NCBI GenBank assembly: GCA_017450105.1
Contig: JAFSXC010000058.1
Coordinates: 665-64,664, forward strand
Source of the DNA: Lachnospiraceae bacterium
GTDB lineage: Bacteria; Bacillota; Clostridia; Lachnospirales; Lachnospiraceae
Direction: 5' to 3'
DNA: 64,000 bases
Below the pieces are notes generated by a model. The model was not told the origin of the DNA. It saw only the letters and a program-made list of their open reading frames with translations, and made no database searches. Of the stretch, positions 29,232 to 37,593 are shown in pieces. The stretch's first letter is position 1; every line of letters starts with the position of its first letter. Made by a program: the position numbers and the translations under genes.

Positions 29232-30653
29232 ATGGCTGAAACAGAAAAGAAACCATTAAAGATAACAGAAACCGTTCTGCGGGACGCGCATCAGTCCCTG
29301 ATCGCCACCCGTATGACCACGGAACAGATGCTTCCCATCATCGACAAGATGGATCAGGTGGGGTATCACGCGGTTGAGTGCTGGGGCGGCGCCACCTTCG
29401 ATGCCTGCCTCCGGTTCTTGAAGGAGGATCCCTGGGTGCGGCTGCGCAAGCTGAAGGAGGGCTTTAAAAAGACCAAGCTTCAGATGCTCTTCCGCGGACA
29501 GAACATCCTCGGATATCGTCCGTACGCGGATGACGTGGTGGAATACTTCGTCCAGAAGTCCATCGCCAACGGCATCGACATCATCCGTATCTTTGACTGC
29601 TTGAATGACCTGAGAAACCTGCAGACCGCGGTTACCGCGACCAATAAGGAAAAGGGTCATGCACAGGTCGCCCTTTCCTATACGCTGGGCGATGCCTATA
29701 CGCTCGATTATTGGACCGACATCGCCAAGAAGGTGGAGGACATGGGCGCCAATTCCTTATGCATTAAGGATATGGCCGGCCTCCTTACTCCCTATGAGGC
29801 GGAGATCCTGGTGAAGGCCCTGAAGGATACGGTCAGCATCCCGATCGAGCTGCACACCCACTATACCTCCGGTGTTGCTTCGATGACCCTCTTAAAGGCA
29901 GTGGAAGCCGGCTGCGATATCGTGGATACCGCCATGAGCCCCCTGGCTCTCGGTACCAGCCAGCCCGCCACGGAGGTTATGGTACAGACCTTCAAGGGAA
30001 CGCCCTACGATACCGGTCTGGACTTAAATCTTCTGACAGAGATCGCCGATTACTTTGCACCGATCCGTCAGCAGGCGCTGGATTCGGGCCTTCTGAATCC
30101 GAAGGTCCTGGGCGTGAACATCATGACCTTAAAGTATCAGGTCCCCGGCGGTATGCTCAGCAACCTTCTTTCCCAGCTCAAGGAGCAGGGCAAGGAGGAC
30201 AAGTTCCTCGAGGTGCTGAACGAGGTGCCGCGTGTGCGTAAGGATCTCGGCGAGCCCCCGCTGGTAACGCCGTCCTCCCAGATCGTCGGAACCCAGGCCG
30301 TGTTTAATGTCCTGATGGGCGAGCGCTACAAGGTGGCGACAAAGGAGACCAAGGCTATCCTGATGGGCGGCTACGGCCAGACCGTAAAGCCCTTTAATAA
30401 AGAGGTTATCGACAAGGTCCTTTCCGAGGACGAAAAGAAGAAGATCATTACCCACCGTCCGGCGGACGATCTCGAGCCCGAGCTGAAGAAGCTGGAGGAG
30501 GAGATGAAGCAGTACAAGCAGCAGGATGAGGACGTTCTCTCCTATGCGCTGTTCCCGCAGGTCGCTACGGACTTCTTCAAGTATCGTGAGGCCCAGCAGA
30601 AGGGCGTGGACGCCAAGGCGGCGGACAAGGAAAACGGAGCGTATCCGGTATAA
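29232..30653 (+). CDS. Oxaloacetate decarboxylase alpha / transcarboxylase 5S-like carboxyltransferase, no biotinyl domain
   Basis: LKITETVLRDAHQSLIATRM, an HMGL-like TIM barrel plus a PYC_OADA domain. It ends without a biotin/lipoyl domain. ATG 29232 follows AAAGGAGAG. Confidence 0.85.
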   Translation: MAETEKKPLKITETVLRDAHQSLIATRMTTEQMLPIIDKMDQVGYHAVECWGGATFDACLRFLKEDPWVRLRKLKEGFKKTKLQMLFRGQNILGYRPYADDVVEYFVQKSIANGIDIIRIFDCLNDLRNLQTAVTATNKEKGHAQVALSYTLGDAYTLDYWTDIAKKVEDMGANSLCIKDMAGLLTPYEAEILVKALKDTVSIPIELHTHYTSGVASMTLLKAVEAGCDIVDTAMSPLALGTSQPATEVMVQTFKGTPYDTGLDLNLLTEIADYFAPIRQQALDSGLLNPKVLGVNIMTLKYQVPGGMLSNLLSQLKEQGKEDKFLEVLNEVPRVRKDLGEPPLVTPSSQIVGTQAVFNVLMGERYKVATKETKAILMGGYGQTVKPFNKEVIDKVLSEDEKKKIITHRPADDLEPELKKLEEEMKQYKQQDEDVLSYALFPQVATDFFKYREAQQKGVDAKAADKENGAYPV

Positions 30654-30665
30654 GAAAAAAGGAAA

Positions 30666-30696
30666 AAGCGTCGGCGATTCGCCGGCGCTTTTTTTA
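30666..30696 (+). terminator. Intrinsic terminator of the decarboxylase operon
   Basis: AAGCGTCGGCG-ATT-CGCCGGCGCTT followed by TTTTT. Confidence 0.85.
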
Positions 30697-30748
30697 TGCC
30701 CGGGATTTCCTGCTGACAAAACGCCGCGTTCTGTGGTAGACTTGACAC

Positions 30749-31891
30749 ATGACTGAAGCGCTTCTTTATCTGGAAATTAATCTGGCCTCCGTGGCTCTGG
30801 TGGTGATCGTCTGGTTAAAGACCAGGGGATTGTCCCGCATGGTGGCGCAGCGGAATTTTGTCATGGCTCTGGGAATGGAGATCGTTTTCTTCCTGTCGGA
30901 TGCGATCTACGTGATGACCACGGACGGGCTTCTTCCCATAGGAGATGCAGCAAGGTTGGCCTGTAAGGAAATTTATTTTCTTTCTACCGGACTCATGTGC
31001 TTCTTCTGGTTTCTGTATTTTGAATATGTCCAGAAATCGCCCTTTGTAGAACGAAAGAGCCTGGTCGCTCTGTCGACGACGCCGCTCTGGATCCTTGCGG
31101 CCCTTTTGCTCATCAATATCCCGACGGGGATCCTTTTCTCCATCGATGAGACCGGTGCCTATGTCCGCGGGCCTCTGTTTCCTCTGCAATATGTTCTGTC
31201 CTATGTGTATATTGTGTGCTCCAGCGCCCGGGCGCTGATCCTGTTTTTTCGGAGGGACCGGGTGATCGACCGGCGGATGTATCTGACGCTGGCGCTTTTT
31301 CCGTTGGCGCCGGGCCTTTCGGGGCTGCTCCAGTATTTCTTCCCGCAGCTTCCGATCGCCTGCGCGGCGATTTCTCTGTCTACGCTGATCATGTATCTGA
31401 ACTGGACGGATGAGATGATCTCCGTAGATGCCTTAACGCATCTGAACAATCGAAAGCAGCTTACCTATTCCTACGAGCAGTGGCAGAAGTCCCAGGCGGA
31501 CGGGATCCCCCTTTATCTGTTGCTGATCGATGCCAATAAGTTTAAGGGCATCAACGACACCTATGGCCACATCCAGGGAGACCAGGCCCTGAAAATGATC
31601 GCGGAGAGTCTTCGCATCGCCTGTCTCGGGCTTCCGAAAAGGGCCAACATCGCCCGCTACGGCGGAGATGAATTTGTGGTCCTGCTCGAAGCGGAGGAGG
31701 CGACGGTTCTGATGCTTAAGGAACGGATCGGCTGGATCCTTGACGAGATGAGAAAGAGGACGGAGGTCCCCTTTGAGCTTACGGTCAGCATCGGGATCGC
31801 GAAGGCGGAGAAGAAGATGGGACTGAAGGAGCTGATCGCGGAGGCGGATCACAGAATGTATCAGGAAAAGGGGAATCGAACGGATAAATGA
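30749..31891 (+). CDS. Membrane-bound diguanylate cyclase (GGDEF)
   Basis: Six or seven hydrophobic segments, then a GGDEF domain (RYGGDEFVVLL). Confidence 0.85.
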   Translation: MTEALLYLEINLASVALVVIVWLKTRGLSRMVAQRNFVMALGMEIVFFLSDAIYVMTTDGLLPIGDAARLACKEIYFLSTGLMCFFWFLYFEYVQKSPFVERKSLVALSTTPLWILAALLLINIPTGILFSIDETGAYVRGPLFPLQYVLSYVYIVCSSARALILFFRRDRVIDRRMYLTLALFPLAPGLSGLLQYFFPQLPIACAAISLSTLIMYLNWTDEMISVDALTHLNNRKQLTYSYEQWQKSQADGIPLYLLLIDANKFKGINDTYGHIQGDQALKMIAESLRIACLGLPKRANIARYGGDEFVVLLEAEEATVLMLKERIGWILDEMRKRTEVPFELTVSIGIAKAEKKMGLKELIAEADHRMYQEKGNRTDK

Positions 31892-33162
31892 AGGAGATCG
31901 TGGTAGTCGGAGGCGGACCGGCGGGCTGCATGGCGGCCATCGAGGCGGCGGAAACGTTTGCCGGGAAGGGAAATGTGACTCTGCTTGAACAGAACGAAAA
32001 GCTGGGGAAGAAGCTTTATCTGACCGGGAAGGGAAGATGCAATCTGACAAACGGGGCAGCTATTTCCGAATTCTACGGGAAGGTGAACCGGAATCCGAAG
32101 TTTCTGTACAGCGCGTTCTCGGGCTTTACGAATGAGGATGTGATGCGCTTTTTTGAAGGACGGGGCGTGTATCTGAAGACCGAGCGGGGAAACCGTGTGT
32201 TCCCGGAAAGCGATAAATCCTCCGACATCATCCGCGCGCTGGAGGGGGCGCTTTGGGACAGAAGGGTGGACGTGCGGCTGAGAGAACGGGTGAAGGACAT
32301 CGGCTGCTTTGACGGGAGAGTACGGTTTGTCCGGACGGAGAAACGAAAGCTCGAGGCAGATGCCGTGATTCTGGCTTCCGGAGGGCTGTCCTATCCGACG
32401 ACCGGCGCAAACGGAAGCGGTTTTACGTTTGCGAAGGCGCTGGGACATGAGATCTTGGACCCGGTACCGTCGCTTGTCCCGTTGATTACAGAAGAAACGT
32501 TTGTGAGTGAGCTTGCCGGACTTACCCTGAAAAATGTGGAGATCCGGCTTATGGAAGGGAAAAAGGAGCGCTTCCGGAAATTCGGAGAGCTCCTGTTTAC
32601 GCATACGGGGGTGAGCGGGCCCGTGATCCTGTCGGCCGGAAGCGTTCTGGCCAGAGACCTTGCGGAGGGGAAACGCTTTTCCCTTGTGATCGATCTGAAG
32701 AACGCGCTGGAGGAAAAGCAGCTTTCCGACCGGATCCTGCGGGAAACGAAGGAAACGCCGAATGTGACGGTGAAGACGATGATGGGAAGGCTCCTGCCGA
32801 AGAGTCTCATAAGCTATGTGCTTTTGCAGGCGGAGGTTTCGGAGGAACGGGCCGTGCATGACCTGACGAAGGAGGAGAGGCTTCGGCTTGTTCATGCGTT
32901 AAAGGGCTTTCGGCTGACGGTATGCGGGGCAGCCGGGTTTTCCGAGGCCATCATTACCTGCGGCGGGATCCGGGTAAAGGAGATCGATCCGAAGACCATG
33001 GAATCGAAGAAGGTAAGGAAGCTTTATTTTGCGGGGGAGATGATCGACTGCGACGCCGAGACCGGGGGCTATAATCTCCAGATCGCCTGGTCCACCGGTT
33101 ATCTTGCAGGGCGAAGCGCCGCAGAGGGATTGTTACAGAGAAAGGAGACAGAATATGAGTAA
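31888..33162 (+). CDS. NAD(P)/FAD-dependent oxidoreductase, HI0933/BaiN family
   Basis: VVGGGPAGCMAA dinucleotide motif, 424 aa, HI0933-like. Confidence 0.8.
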   Translation: MKEIVVVGGGPAGCMAAIEAAETFAGKGNVTLLEQNEKLGKKLYLTGKGRCNLTNGAAISEFYGKVNRNPKFLYSAFSGFTNEDVMRFFEGRGVYLKTERGNRVFPESDKSSDIIRALEGALWDRRVDVRLRERVKDIGCFDGRVRFVRTEKRKLEADAVILASGGLSYPTTGANGSGFTFAKALGHEILDPVPSLVPLITEETFVSELAGLTLKNVEIRLMEGKKERFRKFGELLFTHTGVSGPVILSAGSVLARDLAEGKRFSLVIDLKNALEEKQLSDRILRETKETPNVTVKTMMGRLLPKSLISYVLLQAEVSEERAVHDLTKEERLRLVHALKGFRLTVCGAAGFSEAIITCGGIRVKEIDPKTMESKKVRKLYFAGEMIDCDAETGGYNLQIAWSTGYLAGRSAAEGLLQRKETEYE

Positions 33163-33859
33163 AACGATACGGATTGCCATCGACGGCCCGGCGGGGGCAG
33201 GGAAGAGCACGATCGCAAAATACCTGTCAAAAAAGCTCGGCTTTGTGTATATCGATACAGGCGCCATGTACCGGGCAACGGGTTTATTCATGGTGCGTAA
33301 GAAAATCGCGCTGGAGAACGAAAACGAGGTCGTCGCCTCGATGGACGGGGTCGGGATCGTACTCCGCCATGACGGGGCGGACGGGACCCAGCAGATCTTT
33401 TTGAACGGGGAGGATGTGTCGAAGCAGATCCGGACCGAGGAGGTCGGAAAAGCGGCCAGCGTGATCAGCGCCTATCCGCAGGTCCGCGCAAAGCTCACAG
33501 CCCAGCAGCAGAAGCTGGCCTCGGAGGAAAGCGTCGTCATGGACGGCCGGGACATCGGTACCGTGGTGCTGCCGGAGGCGGAGCTGAAGATCTTTCTGAC
33601 GGCCAGCGCCAGGGCACGGGCAAGGCGGCGGTTTCTTGAGCTTAGGGAAAAGGGCGTCGCAGCGGAGCTGTCCGAGATCGAAAGGGATATGGAGGAGCGG
33701 GACAAACGCGACAGCGAGCGGAGCGCCGCGCCGCTGAAGCAGGCGGAGGATGCAATCCTTCTGGATTCCTCGGACCTTACGATCGATGAGGTGGTGGAAA
33801 GGATTGAAGGCCTGCTGCAGGAGAAGGGACTTCTGGCGGAGAAGGCGGCAGAAGCATGA
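33155..33859 (+). CDS. cmk: Cytidylate kinase
   Basis: IAIDGPAGAGKSTIAK...YIDTGAMYRA. Confidence 0.9.
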   Translation: MSKTIRIAIDGPAGAGKSTIAKYLSKKLGFVYIDTGAMYRATGLFMVRKKIALENENEVVASMDGVGIVLRHDGADGTQQIFLNGEDVSKQIRTEEVGKAASVISAYPQVRAKLTAQQQKLASEESVVMDGRDIGTVVLPEAELKIFLTASARARARRRFLELREKGVAAELSEIERDMEERDKRDSERSAAPLKQAEDAILLDSSDLTIDEVVERIEGLLQEKGLLAEKAAEA

Positions 33860-34719
33860 AGGTGCTCGTCGCAAAGACCGCGGGCTTCGGCTTCGGGGTC
33901 CGGCGGGCAGTCGAGGCCGTGGAGCGGGAGCTGACTGAGAAGAAGGGCCCGATCTACACCTACGGCCCGATCATCCATAATGAGGAGGTGGTCAGGGACC
34001 TGTCGGAACGCGGAGTGGGCGTGGTCAATGACCTTAGCGAGCTTCTGACCCTGCCGAAGGGAACGATCGTCCTGCGCTCCCACGGAGTATCGAGGGCGGA
34101 TGCCGAGGAAATGAAAAAGGCGGGCTTTACGGTGGTGGATGCCGCCTGCCCGTTTGTGAAACGGATCCATGAGCTCGTTAGCCGGTACACAGAGGAGGGC
34201 TTTGACGTAATCATCATCGGAAATGCGGGCCATCCGGAGGTCGAGGCCATCCGAAGCTACGGGGAAGAGGGCCGGATCTTCGTAATCGGGGACGAAGAGG
34301 AGGCAAGGGGATTTGTCCTGAGGAAGAAAACGGTGGTGGTGGCACAGACAACAGCCAGCCTTACGAAATTTAAAGATTTAGTTGAAATCATACAAAAAAA
34401 AGAGTATGATGGTAAAGGTTATGGTGTAGTTGTTGAAAATACGATCTGCAGCGCCACAAAGGAACGCCAGGAGGAAACGGCCAGAATCGCTCTTGACGCG
34501 GACGCGATGATCGTGATCGGCGGAGCCCAGAGCTCGAATACCAGAAAGCTGTTCGAAATCTGTAAGGAGCTCTGTCCGAACTCCCACTATATCCAGACCA
34601 AACGGGACTTGCATGTTCATTTACTGCGAAACTGTGACTGCATCGGCATTACGGCAGGAGCATCGACTCCCACGAATATCATTGAGGAGGTTCAAAAACA
34701 TGTCAGAAATGAGTTTTGA
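33856..34719 (+). CDS. ispH: 4-hydroxy-3-methylbut-2-enyl diphosphate reductase
   Basis: LytB family: FGFGVRRAV, DAACPFV, ICSAT. Confidence 0.9.
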   Translation: MKVLVAKTAGFGFGVRRAVEAVERELTEKKGPIYTYGPIIHNEEVVRDLSERGVGVVNDLSELLTLPKGTIVLRSHGVSRADAEEMKKAGFTVVDAACPFVKRIHELVSRYTEEGFDVIIIGNAGHPEVEAIRSYGEEGRIFVIGDEEEARGFVLRKKTVVVAQTTASLTKFKDLVEIIQKKEYDGKGYGVVVENTICSATKERQEETARIALDADAMIVIGGAQSSNTRKLFEICKELCPNSHYIQTKRDLHVHLLRNCDCIGITAGASTPTNIIEEVQKHVRNEF

Positions 34720-35836
34720 ACAAATGCTTGAGGAATCTTTTAAGACTATAAGAAATGGAGAGATCGTTGAGGGCACAGTCATCGAAGTGAAGCCGGATGA
34801 AATTATCCTGAACATCGGCTACAAGTCCGACGGCATCATAAGCCGGAACGAATATACAAACGAGACGAACCTCGATCTCACGACCCAGGTTAAGGTCGGG
34901 GATACGATGGAAGCCAAGGTCATGAAGGTCAACGACGGAGAAGGCCAGGTCCTCCTTTCTTATAAGCATCTGGCGGCGGAGAAGGGAAATAAGCGCCTGG
35001 AGGAGGCCTTTGAGAATAAAGAGGTCTTGAAGGCGAAGGTCGTACAGGTCCTTTCCGGCGGACTTTCCGTAGTCGTGGACGAAGCGAGAGTCTTTATTCC
35101 CGCGAGCCTGGTAAGCGATACCTTTGAAAAGGATCTGACGAAGTACCAGGATACGGAGATTGAATTCGTCATTACCGAGTTTAATCCCAGAAGACGCCGC
35201 ATTATCGGCGACCGCAGACAGCTTCTCGAGGCGGATAAGGCCGAGAAGCAGAAGGAGCTTTTCGCCCGGATCAAGGTCGGGGACGTGATCGAGGGTGTTG
35301 TGAAGAATGTGACCGATTTCGGTGCCTTTATCGATCTCGGCGGGGCCGACGGCCTCTTACATATTTCCGAAATGAGCTGGGGAAGGATCGATAATCCGAA
35401 GAAGGTCTTTAAGGTCGGAGATACCGCCCGTGTCTTTATTAAGGATATCCGGGAAAATAAGATCGCCCTTTCGATGAAATTTGAGGATGAGAATCCCTGG
35501 AAGAATGCTTCGGAACGCTTTGCCGTGGGTAATGTCGTAACCGGCAAGGTCGCCAGGATGGCCGATTTCGGCGCCTTTGTAGAGCTTTCTCCCGGAGTGG
35601 ATGCGCTTCTTCATGTATCCCAGATTGCCAGAGAGCATATCGATAAGCCCTCGGATGTGCTTAGCGTGGGCCAGGAGATCGAAGCAAAGATCGTGGACTT
35701 TAATGAAGCGGATAAGAAGATCAGCCTGAGCATGAAGGCCCTTCTGCCGGATGAGCCGAAGAGTGCGGATGAGGATACTGCGGATGTGGATATCGAGGCC
35801 GTTGGCCAGGATCTTGCCGCAGAAGATAACGCGTAA
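34700..35836 (+). CDS. rpsA: 30S ribosomal protein S1 (four S1 domains)
   Basis: Repeated S1 motifs (GTVIEVKPDEIILNIGYKSDGII; GVVKNVTDFGAFIDLGG...). GAGGAGG at 34684-90. The gene overlaps the ispH end by 20 nt in the +1 frame. Confidence 0.9.
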   Translation: MSEMSFEQMLEESFKTIRNGEIVEGTVIEVKPDEIILNIGYKSDGIISRNEYTNETNLDLTTQVKVGDTMEAKVMKVNDGEGQVLLSYKHLAAEKGNKRLEEAFENKEVLKAKVVQVLSGGLSVVVDEARVFIPASLVSDTFEKDLTKYQDTEIEFVITEFNPRRRRIIGDRRQLLEADKAEKQKELFARIKVGDVIEGVVKNVTDFGAFIDLGGADGLLHISEMSWGRIDNPKKVFKVGDTARVFIKDIRENKIALSMKFEDENPWKNASERFAVGNVVTGKVARMADFGAFVELSPGVDALLHVSQIAREHIDKPSDVLSVGQEIEAKIVDFNEADKKISLSMKALLPDEPKSADEDTADVDIEAVGQDLAAEDNA

Positions 35837-35863
35837 GATTGAAACAGGAGCGGAGGAAGCGAC

Positions 35864-36643
35864 TTGGAGAATTACGAACAGTTCCAAAAGGATATTCTTA
35901 AGCTGACGGCGATCGATCTGACCTGCTATAAGGAGCGGCAGATGCGCCGCCGGATCGAGACGCTGGCGAATAAGAACGGAATGAAGAACTTTCAGGACTA
36001 TTTTAAGCTCCTGAAGACGGATAAGGAAAAATTTGACGAGTTCATCAACTTCATGACGATCAACGTCTCCGAATTCTATCGGAATCCGGACCAGTGGAAG
36101 TTTATGGATGAGCAGGTCTTTCCGAAGCTGTTCGAAAAGTTCGGGAAGAACTTAAAGATATGGAGTGCCGCGTGCTCTACCGGCGACGAGCCCTATTCCC
36201 TTGTGATGGCGCTTTCCCGGCATATGCCGGTAAACCAGGTAAAGATCCTCGCGACGGATATCGATAATACCGTGATCAGCAAGGCCAAGGTCGGTCTCTA
36301 CGACGATAAGAGCATCGCCGGGGTGCCTGCGGATCTGAAGAAGAAGTATTTTACAAAGGTCGGAAACGCGAACAAGATCGCGGATGAGATCAAGGCCAGA
36401 GTGGAGTTTAAGAAGCACAACCTCTTAAAGGATCCCTATCCGACGGGCTGCCATCTTATCGTATGCCGGAACGTCGTGATCTACTTTACCGAGGAGGCAA
36501 AGGACGATATTTATCGGAAGTTCTATAATTCCCTTGTAAACCACGGGATGCTCTTTATCGGAAGTACCGAGCAGATCATGAACTACAAGGATATCGGCTA
36601 TGTCCGGAACCAGTCCTTCTTCTTCTCAAAGGATGAGCAATAA
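35864..36643 (+). CDS. cheR: CheR-type protein-glutamate O-methyltransferase (orphan)
   Basis: CheR N-terminal helix bundle plus a SAM domain (IWSAACSTGDEPYSLVM, VCRNVVIYF). TTG start. Confidence 0.8.
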   Translation: MENYEQFQKDILKLTAIDLTCYKERQMRRRIETLANKNGMKNFQDYFKLLKTDKEKFDEFINFMTINVSEFYRNPDQWKFMDEQVFPKLFEKFGKNLKIWSAACSTGDEPYSLVMALSRHMPVNQVKILATDIDNTVISKAKVGLYDDKSIAGVPADLKKKYFTKVGNANKIADEIKARVEFKKHNLLKDPYPTGCHLIVCRNVVIYFTEEAKDDIYRKFYNSLVNHGMLFIGSTEQIMNYKDIGYVRNQSFFFSKDEQ

Positions 36644-36658
36644 AATACAGGAAACGAA

Positions 36659-36688
36659 AGCCATGCGGTTGAACCGCATGGTTTTTTA
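36659..36688 (+). terminator. Intrinsic terminator after cheR
   Basis: CCATGCGG-TTGAA-CCGCATGG followed by TTTTTT. Confidence 0.85.
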
Positions 36689-36700
36689 CATTTAAAAACA

Positions 36701-36870
36701 GGAAATCGGGCGGCGGCATGGTGTGATCGTTTTAACGCAGGAACGTGGAAAACGCCGGCACTTAACAGAATCGTTGCTTGCCGGCGATTTCGTTTAGTAC
36801 CGCTGCGTTTTCCCCGCAGCGAGAGCGGTTCGGCGTTGAAATGATCACACCGTGCCGCCGCCCGGTTTCC
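36701..36870 (+). repeat. 170-nt element closed by a 38-bp inverted repeat (candidate structured RNA or MITE)
   Basis: Bases 36701-36738 pair with 36833-36870 as 34 Watson-Crick and 4 G.U pairs on the + strand. The interior has two further hairpins (36753-86 and 36801-21). Confidence 0.6.
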
Positions 36871-36903
36871 GTCCGCGAAGCCAAAAAAATGCTCCAAAAA
36901 GCC

Positions 36904-37398
36904 TCAGAGACTAAAGAGAGATAGAACCGAGGTAAGATAACAGGAGAGAATTTCCCCGGTAAGAGAGTCTGCCGGAGGGCAGAGAATATAGGCCGGAAAC
37001 TCGTTGTATTCCCAGTAGAAATACTTCTCTTCGGACGGGGAAGAGGGATCGGGCCAGGGGAGAAAGACGCCCTCCTGCCGTACATAGGCGGTCCTTTTCG
37101 TCGCCTTTTTCCTTCGGTCTCTCGGCACAAAGGAGGAGACCGAAACGTGGATCGCGCGGTCCTCCGCCGGAAGATAGTCATAGTTTTGCCAGTCCGGAAA
37201 AAAGTATTTCAGCTCTCCGTGGAAAAGACGGACGGAAAGCACAGCCCTTCCGTTTCGGATGCATAGAAAAAAAGGACCGGCCTTGCCGGAATAGACTCTT
37301 AGAAGGGAGGAATCCGAAAAACGGATCAGAAGCTCCTCTGTTTCCTGCCCCTCAAAATCCCTGCAAAATTGTCTTTTCACACCATCGATTTCGACCAT
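36904..37398 (-). CDS. Hypothetical protein, 164 aa
   Basis: A clean ORF with protein-like composition and no family recognised. TGCTAGAAT (extended -10, 37413-37405) ends 6 nt before the ATG. Confidence 0.55.
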   Translation of the reverse strand: MVEIDGVKRQFCRDFEGQETEELLIRFSDSSLLRVYSGKAGPFFLCIRNGRAVLSVRLFHGELKYFFPDWQNYDYLPAEDRAIHVSVSSFVPRDRRKKATKRTAYVRQEGVFLPWPDPSSPSEEKYFYWEYNEFPAYILCPPADSLTGEILSCYLTSVLSLFSL

Positions 37399-37460
37399 AT
37401 CCGTATTCTAGCAGAAGTCAAAAAAAAATTACAGAATCCATAGTGCATTTGGGGCCTTTA

Positions 37461-37469
37461 TGGTATAAT
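37461..37469 (+). promoter_or_regulatory. Extended -10 promoter (TGGTATAAT) for the rnf operon
   Basis: TGnTATAAT lies ~125 nt upstream of rnfC. Confidence 0.5.
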
Positions 37470-37593
37470 TGAACCGAATTTCTGGAAAAGAGATGAAAAA
37501 AACTGTTCGACATGCACAAAATATTTCTGCTTGCGGCCATAAACCGTGAACAAAACAAAAGGATTGCCGAACGGAGAAAGAAGGAGTTTGCTT

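Noticed and set aside
36701-36870. 6S RNA (ssrS) as the identity of the 170-nt hairpin element.
   Set aside because: The size fits, but 6S RNA has an interrupted stem with a large central bubble. Here there is an uninterrupted 38-bp helix and a branched interior. The element is kept as an unclassified finding.
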